DNA of 64,000 bases from Candidatus Iainarchaeum sp. (lineage in GTDB: Archaea > Iainarchaeota > Iainarchaeia > Iainarchaeales > JAZDDZ01). Below the pieces are notes generated by a model that was given only the letters and a program-made list of their open reading frames with translations, did no database searches and had not been told where the DNA came from. Shown piece by piece: positions 11,753 to 23,400 of this stretch. The stretch spans positions 14,434 through 78,433 of the forward strand of contig JAZDDZ010000007.1 in assembly GCA_043809245.1 (NCBI GenBank), in the 5' to 3' direction. The position numbers and the translations under genes were made by a program. Positions within the stretch are counted from its first letter, which is position 1. The number at the start of each line of letters is the position of its first letter.

Positions 11753-14431
11753 TTAAACCCTTATCGCTTTTCTTCTCGTGAGCTGTTTTATGAGGTAGTT
11801 GAGCAATAATAGGAGCACGACTTCAGCCAAGGCAATGATTATTGCAATGGTTGCATTTGAAAGCCTGTTGACCAAAAGGGGCAATGCGAAGAAGGCGATT
11901 GCAATGCTTAAGCGTGAAAGGAGCTCTTTTCTTTTCTCGGAAGTGCTTTTGGCTTTCCTGCGCATCATTGAAGCTGACTTGTTGTATGCGAGCACTGCCG
12001 CGGCAATGCTTAACGCGAGCAGCAGCAGCAAAAGCAGCGGCGTCTTTAGGATTGCCTCGCCGAAAATCGCAAGAATGCCTTTCCCAAGGAAGCCGAACAC
12101 TGCCTCAACTCCGCCCGAGACCTCTACTTTTGCTTCAAGCGCTTTCACGCCGTTCCTTGAAACGACAATCGTGTTCGTTCCCCCGCTTGAAAATTTGAGC
12201 AGAATATTTCCCTGCGCACTGGAAGTGAAATTAGAGGAAAGCCCGAAATCAGGGGTAACGGAAATATCCGCGTTTGGAACTGTTTTTCCGCTGGCTGTCT
12301 TAAGGGTCACGGCTGCCTCATCCCCTGCATTTGCTGTCTGCGGCAATCCCTCCAATACAAACCTTTGGATGAAGAAGGAGCCCGAGTAGGATTCAAATCC
12401 TGTCTTTGAGGCAAAAACCGAGTAGTTGCCTGGCTCGCTTAAAACGAATTCAACAGCGCCCGCGGCATCGGATGAAAAGTTAAGTGTTTTTCCCGAGGGA
12501 AAGACGGCTTCCACGAACGCCCCTTCAACAGGGTTTCCCCTTGAATCCATTACAATCATCTGCCTTGAATCCCCGATCAACTCGGTTTCATTGGCGTTCA
12601 GCCTGACTTCAAGGTAAGGCATTCTAACAGTGAAAGGCCTTTCAGCAGCGTTGTTTTCTTCGTTTGTTTCCTGAACAGAGTTATCGGGATCGGCAATTAT
12701 TTTAAGCGAGTAAACCCCCAATGGCTTGTCTGCCTTGAATGAAAAATCAATGAGCTTTATCTGGTCCTGGCTTAATGTTCCAATTGTCTTTGCATCCATT
12801 TCCTCGTCATCAAGGTTCAGGGCCATTTTAAAGAAAGCGGATTTGCTTAAGCCAACGTTTTTCAGCTGGACAACAACCGAAACGTCAACTATTTCCCCGA
12901 CAACCGCATTAGCCGGAGCGTCAACTGACTGGATCATTATGTCAGGCAGGAAAACGCAGTCCTCATCAACGTAACCGTCTCCATCGTCATCGATTTTGTT
13001 GTTGCATATTTCAGGGCAGCCTAAGACGCCCTTTGGAATTAACTTGAACCAACGGTAATGCGTGTTCTCCGAATCCGCGTTGCCCAGAACATCGGTTGCC
13101 GTGACCCTTGAAGAAAGCATTGCGAATTCGCCTTGAAGCGGGCCGAGCATGCCCTTATAGGTTCCATCCGCCTGTTTTTGCAGTGGAAGTGAATGGCTGT
13201 AATCGTTTTGCGTTAAGCCGTAAAAGAGCGTAACTGATGACACTGCGTTCAATGCATTAATGTCAGCCAAAACATCGATGAAGAAAGCGGTCTTGTCATC
13301 GTTTAGCCTTGCGCTCATTGAGGCGCTTTTAACTGTTATCTGCGCAGGGCCTTGTTCTGGCGGCGGAACAGGGGGAGTGTAAGGCAGTATTTGCTGCAGG
13401 AACTGGACATTGACAATGCTTCCATCATTGTCCATGAAATTGTAATAGGCATCGGCGTTCGCAGGAAGCGTTATCCCCAGATTCTGGCCTTTCACTACAT
13501 TTGTGAATGAATGCTGCTGGTAAGAGCCCCCCACAAGCACAAACACATCCAGTGAGCCGATGCTTGCGTCGTCATCGTATAGGTCGGAAACGAAAAGCGA
13601 GCGGTCTGTTGTGCGCATTGAAACAGTTATTGTTGAAAAGCCAGTGAAATCAAACAGGGCAATGTCTTTCTGCTCTCGCAGAACCTGCGATTCCGCGGGG
13701 GAAAGGCTTGCAGTTGAACCTGAAGCGCATTCTGTGAGGTCAGGAGTCAAAAGGCTGAAATAGTGAGGCAATAAAAGCACGGTTTCCTTCCTTCCGGTTA
13801 AGTCAGTTGCAGTGATTTTTCCGTCAAAAATTATTTCGTTGGTGAACGGGCCGAGGATTTCCTTGTAGGAGCCGTCAGGCTGCTTTGACATTTCAAATTG
13901 CTCGGAGAAATCCCCTTCCGCAAAGCCGAAGAAAAGCACGATGTTGGAGTAAGGGTGCAAGTTGTTTACGTCCACGGAAACGTTTACGTAAAAGGAACGC
14001 AAGTTGTCGGATACATCGGGTTCAACTGAAAACGAGTAAATCATTTTAGGCGGTGTCTCCGGAGGCGGGCAGTTAGGGCAGGGCTCTGGAGGCGCCTGAT
14101 AATCGGTGATGTAACGCATGTATTGAACGTTTTGAACCGTGCCATCGTTGTCCATGAAGTTATAGTACGCGCTTTCCCCCGCATTAATTGTTGCGCCTGA
14201 AAGGATTTGCCCTTCAATTACTCCTGAGTAGCTGTAGCGCTGCAGCCCTGCTGCCTTTGAAATGAATACATCCGCAAAAGCAATGCTGCCATCGTCGTCA
14301 AAAACATCTGATGCCAGGACTGAGCCGTCGGCTTGCTTTACTAAAATCAATTCCGAGTACTCGGCCGCCGCTGCGATTGAGGAAAGGAAAAGCATTGCGC
14401 AAAGCAAAAGCAGGATTTTTTTGCCCATCAT
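11753..14431 (-). CDS. Secreted surface protein (~892 aa) anchored by three C-terminal TM helices: duplicated 240-aa module, D-rich Cys motif, CARDB-like domain and two carboxypeptidase-regulatory-like domains
   Basis: Signal peptide MMGKKILLLLCAMLFLSSIAAAAE. Two paralogous modules, each ending YYNFMDNDG(T/S)..NVQ..., followed by a Pro-rich linker. Also CPEICNNKIDDDGDGYVDEDC; a CARDB-like end (DPDNSVQETNEENN); VMDSRGNPVEGAFVEAVFPSGK; and C-terminal helices (LLLLLLLALSIAAAVLAY, LSIAIAFFALPLLV, IAIIIALAEVVLLLLL). I prefer the start at 14431 because its ATG overlaps the giant gene's TGA. Confidence 0.8.
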   Translation of the reverse strand: MMGKKILLLLCAMLFLSSIAAAAEYSELILVKQADGSVLASDVFDDDGSIAFADVFISKAAGLQRYSYSGVIEGQILSGATINAGESAYYNFMDNDGTVQNVQYMRYITDYQAPPEPCPNCPPPETPPKMIYSFSVEPDVSDNLRSFYVNVSVDVNNLHPYSNIVLFFGFAEGDFSEQFEMSKQPDGSYKEILGPFTNEIIFDGKITATDLTGRKETVLLLPHYFSLLTPDLTECASGSTASLSPAESQVLREQKDIALFDFTGFSTITVSMRTTDRSLFVSDLYDDDASIGSLDVFVLVGGSYQQHSFTNVVKGQNLGITLPANADAYYNFMDNDGSIVNVQFLQQILPYTPPVPPPEQGPAQITVKSASMSARLNDDKTAFFIDVLADINALNAVSSVTLFYGLTQNDYSHSLPLQKQADGTYKGMLGPLQGEFAMLSSRVTATDVLGNADSENTHYRWFKLIPKGVLGCPEICNNKIDDDGDGYVDEDCVFLPDIMIQSVDAPANAVVGEIVDVSVVVQLKNVGLSKSAFFKMALNLDDEEMDAKTIGTLSQDQIKLIDFSFKADKPLGVYSLKIIADPDNSVQETNEENNAAERPFTVRMPYLEVRLNANETELIGDSRQMIVMDSRGNPVEGAFVEAVFPSGKTLNFSSDAAGAVEFVLSEPGNYSVFASKTGFESYSGSFFIQRFVLEGLPQTANAGDEAAVTLKTASGKTVPNADISVTPDFGLSSNFTSSAQGNILLKFSSGGTNTIVVSRNGVKALEAKVEVSGGVEAVFGFLGKGILAIFGEAILKTPLLLLLLLALSIAAAVLAYNKSASMMRRKAKSTSEKRKELLSRLSIAIAFFALPLLVNRLSNATIAIIIALAEVVLLLLLNYLIKQLTRRKAIRV

Positions 14432-17400
14432 GCCCCGCCCCCAAGGAATTGCTGCCACCAAATCATGCTCAAATTGTTAATCCTTTCATAATGCATTCTC
14501 TTTAAGAACACAGGGTCAAGCCACCATGAAACGCTTGTGCCGTTAATCTGCGAATATGCGGCTGACATGTTTTTGTCAATGATTGAGAAGTCATGCGAGC
14601 CGAAAGACACTGCGTTCTTTGAAATATTCAAAGTGTAAGGCGCATTTGTGGAAAGGCTTGAGTTAAGGTAATTGGAGCTGAAGGAATAATCGGGATTGTA
14701 TTGTGTTTCGCTTATCTCCCTTGAAACCGCAAGGGAGTTTCCCTGCACGCTGAAAGCGTAAGCGCTTGAATCAGCCAAGGGCTTCCAGAATCCCGCGACA
14801 ATCTGCTCCTGCTGCAAAAACTTTGCATAGGAGTAAATCAGCTCGGTTCCGGCTTCAACGAAAACAAGGTGGAATTTGTTGTTGTTAGTTTCATCACTCT
14901 CGGCTATAAGGTTTGAGGGGTCAATGAGTATGTTTATGTCATGGGCTCCGGAAATGCTTCCCGAATTCACGGAGAAGTGCACATTGGCTTTTGCACCTGG
15001 CGCAAGAGAGGGCACATTGCCTGATGCAACGGTCTGCTTGTCAAGCAGAACTGAAACCGCGAATGCCCCTGAATCAGCCTGCGAATTGTTTGCAATCACA
15101 GCATTAACATCTATCCTCTGGCCCTGGAAAACCGTTGCGGGAACAGATGAACTTTCAAAGGAAAGGTCAGTGATCAAAGAGCCTATGTCAACCTCCATTA
15201 TGTTGTCCTGCTCGTTTGATTCCGTCACGACTTCAGTTGAGTCAACGAAGACGTAAAAAGTGCTTGCCGTGCCCTCTGACTGGAAAAGCGCTGTTGCCGC
15301 TGGCTGCTTTACCGCGCCCGCGGTGTTGATTGTTATCACCTGCGCCACTGGCTCCTCGTAATAGAAGAGCATGATTACATCCTTGTCTTTTTTCAGTGAG
15401 CCGATGAAAGTGACTGCGATTCCCTGTGAAGCCAGGGTGTTCTCGAAGAATGAAACGTAAAAGTTGTTGGAGTCAAAGTCCTCTGAGCTTATCAGGACAT
15501 TAAAGTCAACTCTTACAAGGTCTCCTGCAACAAAGACTGGCTTGCCCACGTCAATGCGCTTGAAGAAGAGGTTTGGAATGCAGCCCTCATCAACCAATCC
15601 GTTCAGGTTGTCGTCGAACAGGTTTCCGCACAGCTCAGGGCCTGCGAAGTAAACTGTTGTCGACGCATTGTTGTTTGCCTCGTTTGACTCTGCCACGGAG
15701 TTGTCAGGGTCAACGACTTCATAGAATGAAATTGTTTTTCCCTGCCATGAAGCCATTGCCGCGTCGTTTGCGTCGTAAGTGAATTCAAAGAGCAGGCTTG
15801 TTCCGTCGCTTCCCGCAAGGCTGTTCACGGTTCTGCTTGCGATTTCCCTTCCTGAAGGGCTTCCTTCCCTTAACGAAACCCTGAAGCTTGTGGCGGAAGT
15901 TGAGCCAAGATTGTATACTGCTGCAGCAAATGAAACCTTTGAATTGTTCTGCGCGATTCCACTGCTTGTAAGCGTTGCTGTAAGGTCTGCCTGGACTGAA
16001 GTGCAGCTTCCGTCGGTGTTGCAGGTGTCCCCTGAATTAGGGCAGCCGCAGTCAGAGCAATCGTTCACCAAAGAGCCATTTGAGCAGAACAATGGCTTTG
16101 CCGCAGAGCAGGCGTTATATGCCGTGCCATCAGAGCAGGATTGCGCCGGGCAGTCGCCTGCACAATTTGCGCTTGATTCATATGGCGAGTCGCAAAAGCT
16201 ATCGCCGCAAACCCAGCAGTCAGCAGGGCAGTTTGCCCTGGTTTCAGATGTGGTGCAGGAACCGTTGCCGCAGACCTCGCCCCCGGTTGGCCCCCCGCCT
16301 GAAGTTACTGTAATGGTAACGCTTTCAGTTGAGCTGTTCTGGTCAAGGTTGTCAGTTGCAATAACTGAATAGGCGTGTTCTCCCAATTCCTGCAAATCGA
16401 ATGAATAGGAAGTATTGGTTGAATTGTTTATCCAAGCGCTGCTGTCCACTTTGACCCAATAATTTTTGATGCCCGCGCCTGAATCAGATCCAGTGTAAAC
16501 AATTTCAACTGTTGATGAGGACTGCGAGGCGCCGTCGCTTGGGAAAGTGATTGAAAGCGTTGGCGCGGTTGAATCGTAATAAGTTGAATCGCTTAAAGCG
16601 CTTGACCAGTTGCCAGAATCATCTGAAACCTTAACGTAAACAGTTGCCGCCCCGTCAGTTGAACCGCAGCCGTAAGAGCCGGAGGCAATGTCAAAGTTTG
16701 TTACGCTTGAAGTATATGCTTGGTTTAGCCAGGGCCCTGAAGCGGAACAGCTGATGTTCATGTCAGAGGCATCAGCGCTTGCGACAAGCGTGATTGTGGG
16801 AGTTGAATCGCTTGTGCAGCCCTGTGCCTGATTGCATGTGCTGTCTGAAATCGTTGCGGATGCAAGCGTTGGCGCATTAGTGTCCTCTCCGTAACCCCAG
16901 GGCGAGAAGTGGTTCATGTCAGCGGTGATTTTGTTGTTCACGGTGTCAACTGTTGATTGCATTGCAATCCAGTCATTGGAGTCAACATCCCAGCGGTAAA
17001 TCTTGAGCTTCTGCTCGTCAGCGGTTGAGCAGGTTGGGGCGCAGCTTAGTTCGCCTTCGCTGTATGTGAGTGTGAGCTTTGCGGGCTTGTCGCTCAGGAA
17101 AGTAAGCGTTCCTTCGGGTGCGTCAAAGTTGAACGCGGCATACAGCCTTCCCCTCTGGAACGTTGGCGGAGAGCTGTTGTAGTCAATGCTTATGTTCGTG
17201 TCAGCGCCTGAAGCCATTCCGGTTGAGGGAATGAAGAGGTTGTAATCTCCGTAAGATGTGCTTCTCACGATTGCCCTTCCGTTTGTGTATGGAACCTGGA
17301 AAGGCGATTCCTTGTCGATTGTGCATCTCTTTGTTGTGGAGTTCGCCTTGTTGCCGACGCTGTCGTATGTTTCCACGCGGTAGTACATGAATCCGTCAAG

Positions 17401-20400
17401 CGAGCCCTGGAATGCGTTAAAGCTTTTTCCGCCTGAAAGCGCAGAGGTGTCATTTGTCGGCACGCAGCCGTTAATGCATGCATTTCCGACTTCACAGGAA
17501 CTATTGTCCGTTATGCAGTTCTCGCCTATGTCACAAGTGCCATCTCCGCAGACGTAATTGACTGTGGTGGTTTGAACGCAGCCGTCAACTCCCGCGCCTC
17601 CCTTGCATACCCAGTCAGAACCATAGGCATCATAGCAGTAAGAGTTGTCGTAAATGCAGTACTCGCCTGTGCTGCAGGTTCCGTTGCCGCATGGGTTTGT
17701 GGGGTCATTGATTATCGTGTTCTGGTCAGGCTGGCAGCCGCTTCTGCAGAAGAATCCTGCTGCGCAACCATTTAAAGTGTCTGTCGGGCAGTATTCCCCT
17801 GGCGAGCATATTCCGTCACCGCAGGAATAATTAGTTGTTGTTCCTGTCTGCGGCCTGCAGCCGCTTGTGCATGCAGTGCCTATCGGGCAGTTAAGGCTGT
17901 CATTTGGGCAGTTTTCGCCGGGATTGCATTTTCCGTCACCGCAGACTCCATTGAGGTCAACTGCAAGGAAGTTAAAGTCATAAGTGGTTTCACCAGCAGT
18001 TGAGGTCTGGTGCAGTTCCTGCCATGCCTGGCCGTTCGGGGAAATGAATATCTTGAAGTATGCAAGTGAATTGCTGTCTGATGCCCCAGCCCATGCAAGT
18101 GAAACATTTTCGCTTTCAATGAAGTCAGGGCAGTCCTCTAACTCTGCCGCGGAATCAATGTTCATGTCCACATAGATTGTGTCAAAGAAGAAATGCGACA
18201 AGTTGTCAAGCGAATCCCTGAATTGGACGTAAACTTCCCTGAAGCCCTGGCCTGCAATGCAACCTCCAATTGTTGTGTCAAATATGTTGAAGTCAGAGTA
18301 AGTTGTTGCGTAATTCACATACTGCGCCCATGTGTAGCTGTCGCAGCTGAAGCGCATGTCCTTGAGGCCAATGCCTCCGTTGTCTGCCGCGGAAAGCGTT
18401 AGGGTTGGAGTGTCATTGTTTGTTGTCTGGCTTCCCCCTTCAATCTGTATTGTGCCGCTTGGAGCTGCCCTGTCAAGTGTTGTTGTGTCAGAGTAAGAGG
18501 AGGAAATGTTTCCGGCTGAGTCCCTGAATTGCACGTAAACTGTCTTTGAGCCGTCTGATGAAGTGCAGCCCGCTGTTGAATCAATGAGGCTTAAGCCAGA
18601 GTAGCGTGAAGAGAAAGCGGCCCAGCCTGTCCAGTTGCTGTTGTCGCAGCTGAAGCGCATGGATTCAACGGAACTGGTTGAATCAGTGGCTGAAAGGTTT
18701 AAGTCGGGGTTAGTGCTTCTCGTGTAGCCGTTCGTGTCAAGCACAGCAATTGAGCCTGTTGGATTGGAATTGTCTACTATGAAATAAGTTGTTGCACTGC
18801 TGTGATTTGCGGCTGTGTCCTGTGCCTGCGCTTCAACCCAGAAAATCGTGCCGTCTGAATAGGCTGAAAGGTTTGCTGTTGTGCCAAGGTATTTTGAGGT
18901 TGTGGCTGTTGCCGCAAGGCCGCTTGCTGACTGCGTGCTTATAACTGAATTGCCGTCGGAATTGTTTTTCACCTGCACGTTGGCGTCGTCAAGCAGGAAA
19001 TGCTGGAAGTAAACATTGTAGTCAATTGAGCCGCTGTAATACCTGTTGTTCGGGTTTGGCACAAGGAACTGTATTGTCGGAGCCGCCCTGCTTACCGCAA
19101 AGCTGCGCTGTGCTGTTGAGGTGTTGCCTGCCCTGTCAACAGCGTAAACCGAAAGGGCGTAGAGATCCTCTGCAACAGGGGAATCTGAATTCCAGTCAGC
19201 ATCCCAGCTTTGCGCGGAGGAGAGATTCACGTCAAATGGATAGCCTGCTGTTGTTCCCTCCGGGCCGGCAGCGGAGTTAATTGTAAGCCAGGCGCTGCTT
19301 ATGCCTGAGCCGCTGTCTGAAATTGTGTTGTAAAGGAGCACGTTTCCGCTCACAAACTGGTTTTCCCCTGGCGCATCAATTGAGACGCTTGGCACAACAG
19401 TGTCAACATAGAATGAGTCAGCGCCAATGCCTGAATTGCTTACAACCGAGAAAACCCCTGCCTTGTCCATTACTTCAACGTAAATTGTCTTGTTTCCGTC
19501 CTCTGCAGCGCAGCCGTTGAATCCGCTTTTTACGTCAAAGTCGTTTGTTGAGGAATTGTATGTGTCGCTTCCGTCAAATGCAAACCAGTCAGTGAAGCCA
19601 AAGCCGTTGCAGCTGAACCTTGCCTTGCTCAGGCCTGAGATAGTGTCATCTGCGGTCAGCAGGAACTCCGGCGTGCTGTCATTTGTGTATCCGCCTAAGC
19701 CAGTGAAAACTTCAATTGATATTGAAAGGTTAAGGGGTGCATTCTGGTCCAAAATCCAATAGCCTGTGTTTGCTTCGCCTGAAACATTGTATGCCCTGTC
19801 CCTGAACCTGACGTAAATTATTTTCTGCCCCTGGCCTGTTGTGCAGCCATATTGTTGTGCTGCGGGCCTTGCGTCAAAGGTTGAGTACCTGTAAGAGTAT
19901 ACAATCCAGGGGTAAGTCCAGTCAGAGTTGTCGCAACTGTACTGCATTTCGTATACGCCTGATGTTGCATCCGTTGCAGCCATTACAAGCGGTGGCGCAT
20001 CATCAAAAGTGTAGCCTGATTCTCCTGTCCAACGCTCTATAAAGATTGACGGGTTTTGCGGTGCCTGAGTGTCAACAATAAGTGAGCGCGCTGCGCTTGC
20101 GCTGACATTGTATGCCCTGTCCCTTGCCCTCGCGTAAACAGTTGTGCTTCCGTCAGTTGAACCGCAGCCGTAAGAGCCTGATTCAAGGTTGAAGTTGGAT
20201 TTTGTTGAAGCGAAAGCCTCCCAGCCTGTCCAATCGCTTGCATTGCAGGAGAACTGCATTCCGGACAATCCGGATAAACCGTCTGTTGCCGATAAAGCCA
20301 GTGCCGGGGTTGCAGTGTTAATGTATCCGTCCAGGCCGCTGTAAGTTGTTGAAAGCGCTAAGCTTGTCGGAGGGGCAGTGTCAAGAACAAATGAAGCCGT

Positions 20401-23400
20401 GTTTACCGCTGCGGCAGAGTTGCCAGCGTAATCCAAGTAAATTGCGTAAACAGTCCTGTTGCCGTCTGAAGTTGGGCAGCCGTAAGCTGTTGCCTGTGGC
20501 TTGATGTTGAAAGAATTGTATGTTTCGGAATAAATTGCGGGGTTAGTGTAAGTTATGCCGTTGCAGCTTAGCCTAACCCGGTTTGCGCCTGTGCTTGAAA
20601 GCGCAAATGTGGGAAGCGCGGTATTTACATAGCCTGTTGCGCCGGTGTAATTAACAGCAATCGAATTGCCTGTCGGGGGCACTGTGTCATAAGTGGTTGA
20701 ATCGCTTGCGACATAGCCCCATGTGCCTACAGAGTCCTTGAATTGCACGTAAACTGTTTTTGAGCCGTTTGCAGTGGAGCAGCCGTTTGAGCCTGAGGCA
20801 ATGTTAAAGGACGAGTATGTTGTGTTGTATGGAACCTCGGCTGCCCATGCGCTGTTGTCGCAGCTGAAGCGCATGTGAGTAAGCGTTGTTCCGCTTACAT
20901 TTGTTGAAATGTTCATTTGCGGAGTTGCATTGTTTGTGTAGCCGAAATTATCGATTATTGTAATGGAGTTTCCACCGGTTATCGGCGTCCAGTTGAGGAT
21001 GATTGAATCTGATGCAGCTTCGCCTATGTTGCCAAGCGTGTCCCTAAGCCTTACGAAAACATATTTTGTGCCCGCGGCGTAAGTGCAGCCGCCCAATGCA
21101 GAGTTTATAATATTGAAGTCGGAATATGCTGCGGAGAAGTTAACCCATGCCGCGTTCCATGTGCTTCCATTGCAGGAGAACTGCATTTGTGAAACCCCTA
21201 TTCCCGTGCCGTCGTTTCCGGTTATTGAAAGCGCAGGGGTATAGTCTGATGTTGTTTCTGCGCCGCCTTCAATTGAAATCGTTGCAGTAGGACCAGTGGT
21301 GTCAACGTACACTGAATCGCTTCTTATTTCATTGCTGATGTTGTATGCCTTGTCCCTTAGTTGCGCGTAAAGCGTTACGTTGCCGTCAACGCTGTTAAGG
21401 CAGCCGTTAAAGCCATACCTTAAATTAATGTTTGGAACCATTGAAGAGGAATAGCTTGCCCAGGCGCCCCATGATGTGCCGTTGCAGCTGAACCTTGCCT
21501 CATGGACGCCTGAAGTTGCATCTGAAGCGCTTAAGGTGGCTGAAGGAGTGGTGTCACTGGTGTAACCGCTTGTTTTTGTTATGCTTAAGCTGTTTAGTGC
21601 TGGCTTGCTTCTGTCAAGGTAGAAGTAGCCGCCGTTCGCGTAAGTGCTCACAGGGGCAGAGGAATTGTTTGTGTCATCCTCGAATATTGCGTAAACCTGT
21701 TTTGCGCCGTCAGTGTTTGAACAGCCTGCGCCTGTCGCAATGTCAAAGGAACTGTAACTGCTTGAATAAGGCGTGTTGCCTGAAAAGCTTGAGGGATTGC
21801 TTGAGCAGCTGAAGCGCATATAGCTTGCGCCGTTGCTGGAAATTGCAAGCGGCGGTGTTGTGCTGCTTGTATACCTTGGAGTTCCTGTAAAGCCAGTTAC
21901 GGATATTGAATTGTTCACAGGCGGGCCTAAGTCAACAAGGATTAAATCCGAAGCGCTCGGGCCTACATTTCCCACTTTATCCCTGAACCTTACGTAAATT
22001 CTCCTTAAGCCGTCAGACAGGCTGCAGCCGTAAGAGGTGGTGTAAATGTTGAAAGCCGAATAGCTTGTCGCATAAGGCACCCAGCCACTCCAGCTGCTTG
22101 CATTGCAGGAGAACTGCATTTCCGTAACGCCTGAAGCAGCATCAGAAGCTGAAAGGGACAGCAATGGGGTTGAATCGTTTGTTGACGCAGCGCCGTTTTC
22201 AATTATAATTGTTCCTGTCGGGGCAGCAGTATCATAGTATGTTGAATCGGAAACAACTGCACTTTCATTTCCGGCAAGGTCAACGAGCTTTGCGTAAACA
22301 TTTACTGAACCGTTTGCGCCGCTTAGGCAGCCATAGCCTGCCTGTGAAACGTCAAATGATGCAATTGAGCCCTGTGAGATTTTGTAGGAGAATGCCTGCC
22401 ATGTGCTGCTGTTGTTGCAGTTGAATTTAATGTATGATGCATCCCCTGTTGCGCTTACAAATATTGCTGGCTTGCTGCTGTTGGTGTAGCCGCCTATATC
22501 CGATATTGTTATTGAGTTAAGCGTTGGCTGAATTGCGTCAATTGATGCTGTCTTTGACTTCAATGATTCAGTGTTGCCTGCATTGTCAAGCGAGTAATAG
22601 TACACTGTGTTTATTCCCTCAAGGTTCAGCACAAAAGGCGATGAATAGAAAACCCATCCCCCTGAATTTATTTTATAGTATGTTCTCTGGCACCCTGATG
22701 GGCCGTTTGCGTCAGAGCATGTTAAGGTAACAGTTATTGATGTCTGCCAGCCTGAGGGAATGTCGTCTGTTGTGGTTGGCGCGGTTTTGTCTAATCCCAA
22801 ATAATATGCATAGTCATAAACCGAGTAGTTTGCCGCATTGTCCTTGTATCTGCATCTTATCGCAAAGTTCAAGTCGTTTGCGGGCGTAACCCATGCATAG
22901 CTTCCGTCTGTGTCCCCTGTTGCCAGTTCAGTCCATCCTGTTCCGTCATCGCTTAAAGTGTAGTCGAAATCATATGATGCGACATCGCTTGCGGTTGCAG
23001 TGCAGGTAAGGGTTACGGTTGCTCCTCTAACCCATGAGTTCTTTGCATAGCCGTCAATTCCAACTGATGGAGTTGTTGTTGCGGAAGTATCGAATATGAT
23101 GTCGTCAAACTGAACCTCGCTTTGGTTGTACGCCTTGTCCCTTACAACCGCGTAAACCCTTCTTCCTCCCTCGCCATTAGTGCAGCCATAGACAGGAGAG
23201 AGGATATTGAAGTCCGAAATTATTGACGAATAAGAGTAGGTTCTCCATGGGCCGCTTGAGCCGCAACTCATGTTGAGGTCGTAAAGCCCTGAAACAAGGT
23301 CATAGGCACTTATTGAAATGGCTGGCGCGGAGTCAGCGGTTGTGTTGTTCATTGAGGAGTCAACCAAAACCGATGAAAGCGTTGGGTTTTCAGTGTCAAG

